Assembly (NCBI GenBank): GCA_036785375.1
Contig: JAWMAR010000462.1
Location: 558,001-622,000, forward strand
Length of the DNA: 64,000 bases
Origin: Leucoraja ocellata
Lineage: Eukaryota
Direction: 5' to 3'
The notes under the pieces were generated by a model. That model was not told where the DNA came from. It did not search any database and saw only the letters and a program-made list of their open reading frames with translations. Within the stretch, counting starts at the first letter, position 1. Every line of letters starts with the position of its first letter. Positions 1 to 13,115 of this stretch are shown here, in pieces. A program made the position numbers and the translations under genes.

Positions 1-1048
1 ATATCAGAATATTTTGGTCCTTGCTGCTTTGTTAACCTTTCATTCTTTTTTTTGGTTGATTTGTCATGAGCTGTGTGAGATAGCATCATAGCAGGGGCTG
101 TAGTTGGAGATTTGATACGTGGAGGGAGCTGGAGAAGTTCAGTGCTTGGGAGTAGTGTTGTTGTTGCCATCTGTCGATGGGGAGAAGCAGTGTTCCGGCG
201 TTGTGTTGACAACAGAGCAGGCTGGGTCGTGGTTTCGAAAGATGCACGTTTATTAGTCTGGATCTTGATGTTCGGCATCGTTTGAGCCGTGCCCATCAAA
301 GCTGACTTCTCTGTACAGTTGTCATCCTTTCCAGTCTTTTTATGCAACAATAATGGAGAAGAGGTGATAACAGATGAATTAGGAAATTGTGGTAAAACAG
401 GAAGCAGTGGGAGAAGGTTCGGTCGGTAGATGTCTGCCTGCCTACACTGTTTTTTAATATATTTGCAATAATTATGTGCTGCTTTTGCAGAGGGATAAAT
501 ATCAAATTGACAAATGGCTCCTTCAAATTGAACTGAGTTTTGGTTCATTTTTCCCAAAAGAAAGGAACCATCAGGATCTAAAGAATCTTCCTTTTTGAAA
601 TGCAAATTTGCATTTGTACGATTCTTCCCACAAGAAGTATATAGAGTAACCTTTCGGCTCCTGATGTTGATCGCCATGTGGTGCCACTGGCCATCATGAA
701 CGTCATAATCAAAATATACAGACTGTTTGTGTCCTACGTACACAATGATTTTACCTGGTATAAACTGAACACCAAGCTGTAGTTTTTTCTTCTTATTTCT
801 AACAGAAAATAAAAAAGCATTGTTGATACGATGTGAGCATAAGCTCAAAACTATGGCAAGGTTAGTGCCATATGAGGCAGGAATGAGTGCTGCAACTGGT
901 GTTTTGATGCGTGCTCTTTGGGTGAGAATAACGCCTGATTTAAAAGGAATGACCCCCTGAGGAACAGAGTGGGACGTTACAGAAGATGATGATGACTGTG
1001 ATTGTGCTTTTTTCCCAGTAAGGCCCAGCCTTTGGAGAATGTCCACAT
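1..1048 (-). CDS. COL27A1: COL27A1 exon 3 (partial, continues past window start): TSPN/laminin-G-like domain plus Pro/Thr/Ser-rich variable region
   Basis: Acceptor tttatttttcag ends at 1049. The frame is open to base 1: (D)[13 protein letters not shown]...[17 protein letters not shown]...[17 protein letters not shown]...[11 protein letters not shown]...HDGQWHH...[30 protein letters not shown]...[16 protein letters not shown]. This matches the vertebrate COL27A1 N-propeptide as I recall it ([34 protein letters not shown]). It is absent from the ORF track, probably because there is no stop inside the window. Confidence 0.96.
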
Positions 1049-2174
1049 CTGAAAAATAAAATGAATATAAAAAATAAATTAACAATTAAGTCTGCATAGG
1101 TGGGGTCTTTAAGTAGCTTGCTTTACAAATTGATTTGTGAAAAAAAACAAAGTTGCCTTGTAAAAGTTTCACATATATTTTGGTTATTCTATCAAATTCA
1201 AGAATACACTATCAAAATTTGATTTGAACAAGTTTAAAAAATAGAAGCATGAGTGGGCCCTTTGAGCTCTTATGCTGATTGTAACTGTTCTTTTCCAACA
1301 ACACCACTCATGCACTATCCCAATATCCTTTGATTATCTTCATATATAAAACTCACAGCAATGGAGCCTTCACAATCCTCATGGGAAGAGAGTAGTTTCT
1401 TCTCATCTTTGTTGAGCACCTTGACAAATGAGCTTTGGTTTAGACATCAACTCAACATCAATCCTGATAAGTCTTGTTATGTTAGTATGTTCCAATGAGA
1501 TTACCTTTCATACTTCTAAACTCGAGAATATACGCATAGTCTGCTTAATCACTCCTCATACTACAAACCCACTAGCCCAGACGTGCACTCCTTCCGTTTA
1601 TCCTTGAATTGGCAGAGACACCAGACCTGTTCACAATATCCCAGGTGCAATCTCACCAAGGCGCTATAAAATTCCAGTCAGACATTCCTACTGCACACTC
1701 AAATCCTCCAGCAATAAAAGACTATATATAATTTACATTCCCAGTTGTTCGCTAGACCAGTAAATTCAATTTCAATGATTTGTGCACAAGGACTCCTCAA
1801 CATCAACATTTGCAATCTCTCGCTGTTAAAAAATACTTTGTTTCTAAATTTATTTTTAAACATAGTAGTTGACCTTCTATATTTTTACATGAAATTTGAT
1901 TTACCATATTCTTACCAATTCTCTTAACCTGAATCATTTCTACATTCATCTCACAGCCATACTACGACTAAGCTTTGTACCAACATCAAACTTATAAGTA
2001 CAGGTATTACATTTGATCTCCAAATTACAGGTGAACACACAGGCCAACAGCAGCAAAGTCTACACCCCTGTGGTCCACCAAATTGATAAGCTGAATGTAC
2101 AGCATATTTTACCCAGGGTAGGTGCAATCAAGAACCTGAGGACATTAGTTTAAGCTGAGAGAGGAACAAATTAT

Positions 2175-2418
2175 TAGTATAGTATAGTAGTATAGTATAT
2201 CTTTATTGTCATTTTCCTGAGTACTCACATACCCAGAGGAAACAAAAAAACGTTGCTCAACTAGTGTCCATTCAGTGTGCAGTAAAAAATAAATAGAAAT
2301 AAAAATACATATATCATGAACAAATTAAACACTCTACTCTCTACTAAACATCAACAGGCGTTCCGATCGGCAGCGGCATGACAGTGGCTCTGCTGCAGTG
2401 TGTCCAGGTTGGTGGTTG
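2175..2418 (-). mobile_element. LINE-like 3' end with (ATACT)n tail inserted into a CR1 fragment
   Basis: Plus-strand agtatagtatagtagtatagtatatctttattgtc (minus-strand aataaag plus tail). CR1 sequence stops at ~2175 and resumes at ggaacctgaagggcaac. Confidence 0.6.
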
Positions 2419-4654
2419 GAACCTGAAGGGCAACATTTTCACCTAGAGGATGGTGGGTTTATGGAATGAGCTGCCAGAGGAGGTAGTTGAGGCAGGTACA
2501 AAAACATAATTTAGTAGACACAAGGGCAGGTACATGGATATGCCAAATTTCGAGGGACATTAGCCAAATGCAGGCAAATGCGACAAGCGTAGATGGGGAT
2601 TCTTGATTGGCCTGGATGAGTTGGTCTGCTTTCTGAGCTGTATGACTGCCCTTGCAGTCACAGCCACCTACCCAAAAATAACTTACTTATTCCAATTTAG
2701 ATTCGTTTAACCATTATTTAGCAGTCCACCAGAGTACAAACCTGCCTCCTGTATGCAATGTTAATAATATTTCAATTAATCAGAACTAAGTTTGTCATAA
2801 AAAAGGTAATATAACAAAAAATTAATCATTGGAACTGAACTTTATATTTTGTGTCATTAAATGTATTATATCTTAAATATGAAGTATGTATAACTTCTTG
2901 ATACCACCAAGCACCAATTCTATTTCCAGCACAAATTTCATTTGGTGTGACACCTGGCACCAGTCTAGTGCTTTTCTGTCACCAGTGGCTCAGAAAACCT
3001 TAGCCTCGGGATGCATTGCTGTTCAGTGCTGGAAATGTGGACTTGCCCAATACCCTCAATGAATATGATTTGTGGTCAGCTCTTTCTTCCTGTCTCCGTT
3101 AGATTATGCAGGCATATGCTGCCCTGTCTATGACATTGTCTTGCAGCTCCAACTCAAGCAACATTGGAGCAGAAGCATTGGTGTCAATGAGGTAATGTGG
3201 AAAATTGACAGGGCACTTCATTCGAAATCCTAGTATAAACATGCAGCAGCTTCTAGTTCCCAAGCTAGTCACCAGAGTGCCCAAGGGCACAGTGCAGAAG
3301 TTAGCGTCAAGTGAATCCATTACACTTTAAATCATTCAGCTTCCCTGTGAGTTGCCAATGAATTTTCAAAAGCAGTAGAATGTGACCTAACTTTATCTGG
3401 CAACACAACAAAACAGGCACTGCATAGTGGATAATATCATTCAGTGCATCTTCTCGGTACCAAAATTCTGACGTGTTTGAGCACATACACGAACAGATAA
3501 GTTCTGCCATCTCATGGGAAGACCATTCTTGAAATTTAGTCACGAAAAACATTTTGTAAAACATCATCCAGACAGACCATCTTCATCTGGAAAAGCATGA
3601 TTTAAAATAAACGAGTAGATTTATATCCTATTATTCCTGGCCAACTAAAGAAATTTTGATTTAAAGTTCAGTAAAAGAAAAACCTATCCTGACAGTGTGT
3701 GTTGATGCAGAGAAACAACTGATATATTACAGTCCCACTAGTTTCAAACAGTGCAGGAACCTGACTAGTTTTGAATGCAAATGATATGACGGAGCCAAAC
3801 CAATAAGCTAGAGGAGAAAAAAAATGGAACTCTGGTTGTACTGCACATTAGAATTTATATGTGTTCCAAATTGGCTTGAATTCAATCTCCGCTGCGTAGT
3901 AAAAATCACCATAATCTTAATGCTGAAACAATTCCTGCTCAGATCATAATTTATTTCTGGCAATAATTTGCACCAATTCCATAAATTCAATGTTAATATT
4001 TTCATGAGATAGTTACAGCGCTGTGCCTCAAAATGATGAAACTAAAATGTTGAATGGCATGTGTTCAGACTGAATCAGCATGTTACCATGCTATGAATCA
4101 CTGAGATTTCAATGCAGAAGGTCATTTTGGCCAATGAACCCCCAATGCCAGTATTACATCACTGTTCAAAGAACTTAAATTTATTTTCAATTTTTCACTG
4201 GGCCCTTGAATATTTTCATCTCAAATTGTTTCATTCTGTCATCTAAACTTTACTTCCTATCCTGATTTGTTGCCTCCTGTTATTATTGCAAGGCCTAGTG
4301 GGAAATAATTAGTCACTCTTTAATCTTAAATTCAGTTATAATTTTGAACCAATATTGATGCCTAAAATTTCATCTGCAGTTAATTGTGCAAAATTTTCTG
4401 CAGGAAACTTCTTAAGACATGCTCGTATGTTAACTCAATTACCAAGTTCCCTAGAACACATGGGTGGCAGGCAAATCTGGGGGAGCTGATATGCACATTA
4501 CAGAGAATAGGTTAAGAGAAATTAGTGGGAGTATAGAATTGAAGATACAAGATGAAGATGCTGGTGAACAAAAAATGATACAATGTATTAGAGTAACTCA
4601 GCAAGTCAGGCAGCATCTCTGGTTAACATGGATAGGAGACGTTTCGGATTTGGA

Positions 4655-4992
4655 AGATAGGGTAGACAGTCAGAAGCTTTTTCCCAGTGTGGAAAAGGCA
4701 AATACTAGAGGGCATAGCTTTAAGGTGAGAGGGGCAAGATCTAAAGAACATGTGTAGGGCAAGGTTTTTTTTTTTTTTTTTACACAGAAAGTGGTGGGTG
4801 CCTGAAAAACACTGTCAGGGCAGGTGGAAAATGCAGATACAATAATGCATTTAAGAGGCTTGGAGAGGCTTCGATAGACACACAAATATGCAGGGAATTG
4901 AGGGACATGGATCAGGCAGGGGATATTAATTTAACCTGGTATCATGGACATTGCGGGCCAAAGGGCTTGTTCCTTAGCTGTACTGTTCTATG
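4655..4992 (+). mobile_element. CR1 LINE 3' end (similar short copies at ~2080-2650, 8405-8650, 13170-13312, 22375-22580, 26620-26995, 31570-31920, 32945-33310, 48990-49310, 49985-50210)
   Basis: RVDSQKLFPSVEKANTRGHSFKVRG and a ctgtactgttctatg tail. Confidence 0.78.
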
Positions 4993-6049
4993 TATGCGTT
5001 GCAGCAGCCGACAAATAGGCCTATAAATAGTTTTTTGGTGAACATCAGTGATTAAAATGTGGGTTTCAGAAGATAAGCCGTTGTCAATCCATTCTGAGTA
5101 GGTAAGTATGAAACCACAAATGTAATCTTGTTGAATTGTGCAACACGAATGAGCATTGTGGTGCTAGCATCATCAACCACTTCAAGAGTATTCTAGAATC
5201 AACATCAACTAGCTTGAAGTAATATAAACCACTCAAAGGTTATTGTGTTGTTATATACTGAGGAAATGAACAGTGAAGTTGGACCCCCCCCTAATCACTC
5301 TAATAATACCAATATGGTAAGAGTACACGTTTTAGGTAGTCTGCACCTGATTTAAAAGTGGTAGATTAATCTGTGTTGATCTCAGCACTTTTCCATTTAG
5401 GGCCAGAAAACAATGATTAAATTAATAAAAACACAAATTTGGCAAAACTTGCAACCAACCTAGCCCCTGAGCATGTATACAAGTATATCGACAAATAGTG
5501 AAATCAGTCATGTAAGAAATTTGACATGTGGACAGAATCAAAGTCGGCTGCCCCAAAATTTGTATTAGTGTTCCAAACAAAACATGAACTACAACTGTGC
5601 TCACTCAACAGACCGCATCCTTCTTTAATCATAACAGAATCTGTATCTTCAATAAAAAGTGTAAAAGGCTGGTTGTGTCTCAGAAAATAATTGCATAAAC
5701 CTATCCTTAACAGTGTAGAAAGTTTAATATTTTAAACACAAGAGAATCTTAATTCAAGAATTAAAGTACAAATTTGAATACTAACATAAAGTTGACATTT
5801 ATCATTACGAAACATAAACACTTGATATATATGTTGAAAAACAAACATTTTATGAGGACATTAACTACTTGCAAAGTTAATCAATTGATTCAATTTTACA
5901 ACGTAATTTTCCTACTTAGCCCCTACCCCTCTCCCTTTATTGGGCCCCACTTTTCTTTCCCTTCCTCACTGCTGCCACGCATCCACCTTCAGCTGGTTTG
6001 ACATTCTTAGTTATGAACGTTTCCATCCTGTGGTGAATGCTAAGAATCT

Positions 6050-6081
6050 GTTATTATTATTATTATTATTACTACTATTAT
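6050..6081. repeat. (TTA)n microsatellite
   Basis: ttattattattattattattactactatta. Confidence 0.85.
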
Positions 6082-9000
6082 TCATTTATGTGTTTTTTTT
6101 GTTTTTTTTTAAGTGATTTAGAGAAAGCATCATAAATGATCAGTGAATGTATTCCAACATTTCCCTTCCTCTTTTAAAGACAGAGACTCATTATGCAATG
6201 CAATTCCTTGTTCTAAGTCTCAATCTATGTGCAATCTTATTTGTCTGTGGGAGACATCTTGTGGGAAATATTTGTGCAGGAAATTACAGCAATTTTGAAA
6301 GAAAATGGACGATAATTGAAGGTAGCATGGGGTAGCTGGATGCTTGAAAATTATACTGAATTAGACTAAGGGAAGCAGGACATGGATGTGCTTGAACGAG
6401 TTGACAAGAAAAGATTATGTGCATTGTACATGGAAAATGGGAAGTCTGAGAAATAACCCGCAAAATAGGAACGTGAAATAAGTGTAGGAGTCAAATAATG
6501 TGCTTCATTATATTTATACCTTAACATTCATGAAATAGGAAATTCAAGATATTCGTGACAATAAGTAATTTGTAAAAACAGGTATTGTCTTAAAAGTCAT
6601 GAAAAAGAGTAGAATTGACCCCTCGTTACAAATAGTGACCGTCATATGATCATTATTAAAAATAAAAATGCTTTATACAATTGCTATAAATTCAAGACTG
6701 AATATGTACTTTTTATCTAAAGATAGTCCAAGAAAATATTGTACTTGCAATACTTCCTTCCACCATTTGATATAAATAGTAATGTGCATTTAAAATGAGT
6801 TGATGAATTCATTACATGGTGAAAAAATGGCATAATGGGCAGGATCACGCTTGATTCAGCCACATCTTGAATATGGCCCCCTATACTATTCCCAGAACTG
6901 CACTTAGCTTTTGCAGCCTCACAGCTGCAGTCAAAATAGTCTACCAGCAGCAACTGCGTCTCAGGGAACAAATCCTAAAAGCCATGTTTCCTGACTGCAC
7001 TGGTGACCTATTGAAAGCTTGGACCTTTTTGACTGTTTCTAAATGTTTCATATTATTAGATGTTTAATCAAATTTAATATCCTTAAACAATGTTAAAAAA
7101 AAAGGAAAATATTTTTAATGCCAAATGTAAAAATAATATATAATTTATTACTCATTTATTGAGTCTAGACTAACAGAACTAGGAAAAGTTAGAAATCAAA
7201 AATATTTTATGTTAGTGGGAGAGATGAAGAGAAATATGAGGACACAACTGCAGATGCTGGAATCTTGAGCAAAACAAGATTCAGTAGCTCAGTGGGTCAA
7301 GCAGCATCTGTGAAGGGAATGGATAGGCAATATTTCGGATTGGGATCCCTTTTCAGAGGAAAATGGCTGTGATGGAGTGGAGACCACCTCATTAGACATT
7401 AACGGACATGTCTGCCCATACCTCCCCTCATCTTCAATTTAAAACATATTTGATTGTTAACTCTTTTAAATAAAATAAGTGATCGTTTTTATTTACTGGA
7501 GTGCTGCCGGGCTTCCAGAGACCGATTTTTGATGATGTCAATTTCTACATATGGAAAGTTTATCCCTTGCTGCCTTGCACACAACAACTCAACCTGCTTC
7601 CTGTTCCAAAAAGATTACAGAATTTAGACAGCTGTGGAGCTCGAATCATAGCAGCTATCCAGGAATCTTGTGTTCACCTACGTAAACATATTTTTTCAGT
7701 TACACACTTGGTCCACATTGCAGGAACTGCAGTTGAGGTGGGAGCATGTTTCTTGCCATCTTCTGTGTAGAAGACTTGCCCTACACGTTTATTTTACACT
7801 TTTCCCTTCTGACCTTAAAACTATGCTCTCTAATATTTGATTTTTCGTAGTTCGTGAGACCCTGCTGTATAGTCATGTCACAAAAGCACATGTCTGTATG
7901 CCCCATTTCAATTGTAGTGTTAAGTACCAAAGACGCTTTATTGTTGTATAGTTGCAAGTCTATGACTAAAAGGCAGCCGTTGACATCCTACTGCTGCTCA
8001 TCCCGATCCTCCTTTGAGGTCCATTCTAAGGGGCAAAATACCCCACTCATTTTATAAGAAAAGGGAAATCCTAAAAATAAGACAATCTCTAAACTGTACT
8101 GTGACCTATATTTCATGGCTTAAACATGTGTCTTTGTTTGTTTATTGTCCATTTAACATCCTTGTTACTTTATCAACCCAAAGGCCTCCTCAACAACCTA
8201 TCGCCATACCAAATCTGGTCCCAACCTATCAAAGATATTCTCGTTGCCCTACATATTCCTACCCTGCTCTCTCTCCCATTAACAAATAATGTGTTTTTAT
8301 ATCTTTAGCAATTTAGATGAAGGGTCCTCGACCTTTAAAGTTTCTCTTTCCACAGGTGCTTCTTGGTCTGCTGATGTTTACAGCATTTTCTGTCTTTATT
8401 TTAAAGCATAGCTTTAAGGTGAGACAAAGTTTAAAGGAGAAGTATGGAGCCAATTTTATTTTATACAGAAGGTGGTGAGTGCCTGGAACGTGCTGCCGGG
8501 GGTGGTAGAGGTAGAAACGATAGTGGCATTTAAGAGACTTTTGGATAGCACATAGAAATGCAAGAAATGGAAGGATGTGGATCATGAGCAAGCAGATAAT
8601 GATTAGTTTTGGCATCATGTTGTGCACAAACATTGAGGACTATTTTATGTTCTAGATGAAGTAACTGTACAAAGAGTTTTCCAAGCAAACTCTAACCCAT
8701 AAGTAGGTAAGCCAGAGTTTGCTTCAGCTTCTTCAACATTCACTGCTAATGCATTTTAATGGCAAAGTTCTGAAAGCCCAGAAAGTCTATATACCCAACA
8801 TTGTGTCAATTCTCAATTGGGAAATATACCTCTCCTGAGAGCTTCAGCATGCAACCTATGGTGCACCTGTAAATTTATGAGTGACATTAGATTGCATGGG
8901 GTTGTTTGACGATTATTTTCAACCGTTTTGACAGCCAACCCACACTCAAACCCAATCCCACATGCTCTTACTGGTTACAATAAGACTAATACGTTCGTAA

Positions 9001-9779
9001 ATTAGTTTTAAACACCAGTAATGCCCCAGAATCTACTACTCATGAAAAGTTGAAATAGTCAGAGTCTACAGTAAATAAATATTTCTACATTTTATCATCT
9101 TGGCCTGAACATCCAAAAACATCTCGCTCTTGATATATACACATGGTAAAAATGAAGCAAACATGACTGTATCAAGACCTATTGCCCAGTAAGGAACCAG
9201 GCCTCTTTGGTTGCTTTCCAAGTTATGACATAATAGTGTAAATATGTTATTTTTTAAATTTGAATACACATTGCATCATTAGATTTAGAATCAATTTAGT
9301 TGAACCAATTTTATATGCAATGCTGCACTTTGTAACTTCTGGCTTCAATGGAGAAAATAATAAAAAACATTCTTCACTCAGAATCTATTTCAGATACATC
9401 TGTCAGGTGTCAGGCTTTGGCAGTGTACAGTGCAATATCTGCTGAGGAAATCCCTTATACATATTATCCAACTACAAATTTAACTTTAAAGAAAGTGGGG
9501 ATTCTTACATTAGTTTAGAATAGTTGGTTCAATATTTAAACTCTATGATCTTCTTCTTGGGTAGCTCCTCAGAGTAAAAGTCGCCCTTTAAAATTCCAGG
9601 TTATTTTATTTAAACTCCAGCATTGTTGTGGTTTGTTACAGCAAATCACTGGATTATTAATTCATTCATTTAAACACTACAGGTTTACTCCAATTATTTT
9701 GTGAGCACAAGTGTTATAGCAGATCTTTCATGGATACTTCGGCTTACATGATCTTAGTGATCAACAAAAACTGGGGAGG

Positions 9780-10520
9780 TCATGTCTTCCAAACTTGATT
9801 GGGCTTTTTGAGTAGGAAATAAAGATGATTACTGAAGGTAAGCCAGTGGATGCTATATAATTTGAATTTCGTAAAGCTGTTGACAAGTTCCCTCATGGTA
9901 GGCTGATACAGAAGATTATGCATGTGGGGGCCATGGAGACTTGGCAGATTGGATTCAAAATTGATTTGGCCATAGAAAACATTGAGTATGGTGGTGCAAG
10001 GTGCAATTCTAACTGGAAGTCTGCGACCAGTGGTGTTCAGCAAGGATCAGTACTAGGCCCTTTGATGTTTGTGATATAATTAAATGATTTGGATGAAAAT
10101 GTAGACGGGCCAATCTGTAAATTTGCATATAACTAAACATTAGTGGAGTTGAAAGTAGTGAGTAGTGAGGATAGTTGTCAAAGGATTCAGCAGGATCTAG
10201 ACCTGTTAGAAATATGGGTAGAGAGATGGCAGATGGAGATTAAACAGGCTAATTATGAGATTTGTATATGGACCAGTCAAATGATTGGGGAAAGTACAGT
10301 TAGTGGTAGTAGACCTTCTGACTACTAGTTCTAATTTTGGTTCCTTTTTTAAGATGGATCTTGGGGTGCATGTTCAAAGCTCCCTGAAAGTTGACAGGGT
10401 GGTAAAGAAAGTGTACAACATACTTGCCATCATCGATCAGTGTGAAAGTCAGAAAGTCATGTTGCAGGTGTGCAAACTTTGGAATATTGTGTGCAGTTCT
10501 AACCACTACAATGCTAAGTA
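9780..10520 (+). mobile_element. Decayed CR1 LINE RT fragment
   Basis: Degenerate KAVDKFP, SGVQQGSVLGP and IQQDLDLLEIWVERWQME motifs. Confidence 0.8.
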
Positions 10521-10589
10521 AATTGTTGTGCCTGCTGTGTCCTATGTGACCACTCTAACTGACTAATGTCTTCTCTGTTTAAGCTTGGA

Positions 10590-11292
10590 CTTGGATGAAT
10601 TCCCATGCCACTCACCGGGAGTATCCCAGCAAATCACACGCCGGAAATATCCCGGCAAGCCGCGTGCCAGGAGTATCCCGGCAACCCATGGCCAAGCCTA
10701 CCAGCAGGCCCGGCTCACCTGACGCGGACAGAGGTCCGAGGATTGCCCGGTAGGCCTGGCCCGACTGCCGCGGACCCAAGACTCACTCACCAAGGATGCA
10801 GGACCCACCCGGTAGGCTCGGCCCGCCCTCAGCAGACTCTGAACTCGACCCCGAGCCACCTTCGTCGACGGGAACAGCCTCTGGACTCAGCCTGGAGCCA
10901 CCGGCATCGACAGGAGTCGGCTCCAGACTTGGCCTGAGCCACCGGTCATGAGGCTGCATGGACGGTTGCCAAACCCTATTGGTGGCCGGCTGCGGAACCT
11001 GCCTGGAGTGGGTCCAAGGCTCAACTCCCGCTGGCCACTGAAGACCAGGAACCAGAAGGAGGGGAGAGAGAGTTGAATGTATGTCGGCTGCCAAATACAA
11101 GGAGGGACCCAGTGAGGTGGAGGTGTTGCACTGAGAACAAAGAGGGACCATTGAGTACTTTTTAGGTGTCAGATACATGGCGACTCTTTGCATCCTTGTG
11201 TATTGTGTGCAAAAACAAAGAATCACATTATACCTAGGTACATGTGACAATAAAGTATAATTGAATCATTGAATTGAATTGAATCATTGAAT
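10590..11292 (+). mobile_element. Unclassified GC-rich retro-element with LINE-like 3' end and (TTGAA)n tail
   Basis: High GC/CpG body, then gtacatgtgacaataaag followed by attgaatcattgaattgaattgaat. Confidence 0.55.
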
Positions 11293-12699
11293 AATGCAGC
11301 AGGGAACCACAACCTTTAAGATTTAGTCGGACATTCACGGCAGCAGCCTGAGATGATCCTAACACTAGGAAGCTGACAGTGACTATGTCCTTGAAATCCA
11401 TAAGCAGAGCACTCCAGGTATATATACTAGCTTGTATCTGAAATCTGAAATCCAGTCACAGATCTCAAGGAGGACACCAATAATGCTGTGTGAGTGGTGG
11501 CCTTTTCAACGCATAGTTGTGGGAGAAATGTGTTTGACAAGTGAATAAGAACTGTTGCTTTTAGACTAGTGTAGTTGCAAAATCACACTGGAAACAAATT
11601 GTGGATGTTGCATTATTAGCATTTAGGGAGTTGCATTAGAAAACAACATGCAAGGCACAGGGAATTCGTGCCGGAGATTCAATTTCCATGGAGTAATGTT
11701 CACATTTTGCCTGGGAATAAAAATGCATTGGAAATAAACTTTCATCTTTGCTTCATGGCATTCGCTGGTTTGCCAACCTAATCCTTGAAATCTCCTCCTG
11801 CTTTCATACTGATGTCAATCTGAAGCTATTTTTTACTGCTCCAAAATCAGGATGCAGTTAGCATGGAAGTCGTTGTTTGATTTGAACACACTTTCCGAGA
11901 TTGAGAAGTGTTCAGAAAGTCTCCCAAACATGATCAGTATTCATATTTTGCAAGTTATAGCTCATTGGAATAGTATTCAAATTAAGAAAACTTAAGAATT
12001 ATTGAGAAGAAAACCATTTGGCATCAATACTGCAAACACATTTCTTGGAGTCAAAATATACAAGTTCTCAGCTGGGATCAGAGAACAGTGAATTCAAGTT
12101 TGTCAACAGAAGGAGGAGAGTTAAAAGATTAGTGGCCCTGCATTGTAAATCAGAAAATAGACATGAATGCTGGAGTAACTACTCCTGCACCTATTTTCTA
12201 TATTTCTACTACTTCTATCACCCATCTCTACAGTCAAACAAGTGGATGGTTACTCAAACAAGGAGGTTACAGATGCCTGTGAAGGAAAACTGTGAGCAGC
12301 TCTGGATCAAGATGACTGAGCTTTGGAATGCACACACAAACTTGAGGAACAACAACTCATCCATTGCTTACATCCCAATGATATGAACACTGAAGTATCC
12401 AAGTTTCCCTCCTCTCTTTCTCCTTTTCTCCATCTATATTCCTTCCTCTAGCTTCACATTTCACGCCTGTTATTCTTATTGCCTTATGCTCTTTTTCTTT
12501 TCATCTCTGGCCCTTGAACATCCGTCTGCCAAATTAAACCCCTCCTCATATATCTACCTATCAATTGACAGGCTTATTTCCCCCTCCCACCTCTTTTCCT
12601 GTTTTCTCCCCTTCACTACAATCAGACTAAGAAGGGTTCTGACCCAAAAACACTAGGGGACCGAGGATCTAGTGGTAGGGAGGAACTGAAGGGAATCCA

Positions 12700-13115
12700 C
12701 ATTAGTCAGGAAATAGAACTTGGGACGCCAAAGACCGAAATCCACCGGTCAACAAAAGCGCGGGCTATGCAGCTACTCAGGCCAACATCGTAGCCTTCTT
12801 GCCCGGATGCGTAGAGAAGTTTTCAGCGCGCTGCACAACTTATCACATCTGGGCAAGAAGGCTACGATAAAATTAATCTCTGAATGTTTCATTTGGCCTT
12901 TCATCAAGCGTGGTTGGATTATGGGCAAAGACTTGTCTACTGTGTCAACAATCTAAGATCTCCCGGCACACTAGGACCCCTTTCGGTGAGTTTCCTGTAC
13001 CGAGTTTCGAGCACGTGCCTTGGTCGGGACTTGGTCGGCCCACTCCCACCATCAAAAATACACATATCTGCTCACTTGTGAGGACCGACCGGTTCACAAG
13101 ATGGATGGGAAACTA
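12700..13115 (+). mobile_element. Ty3/Gypsy integrase fragment (HHCC zinc-binding region), degenerate
   Basis: RREVFSALHNLSHLGKKATIKLISECFIWP / WAKTCLLCQQSKISRHTRTP / DLVGPLPPS, spread across frameshifts. Confidence 0.85.

Noticed and set aside
3099-3587. Minus-strand acceptor-like ttttccag at ~3588 followed by ORFs 3307-3567 and 3099-3320
   Set aside because: No recognisable protein similarity, the frames contain stops, and exon 2 already joins exon 3 in frame.
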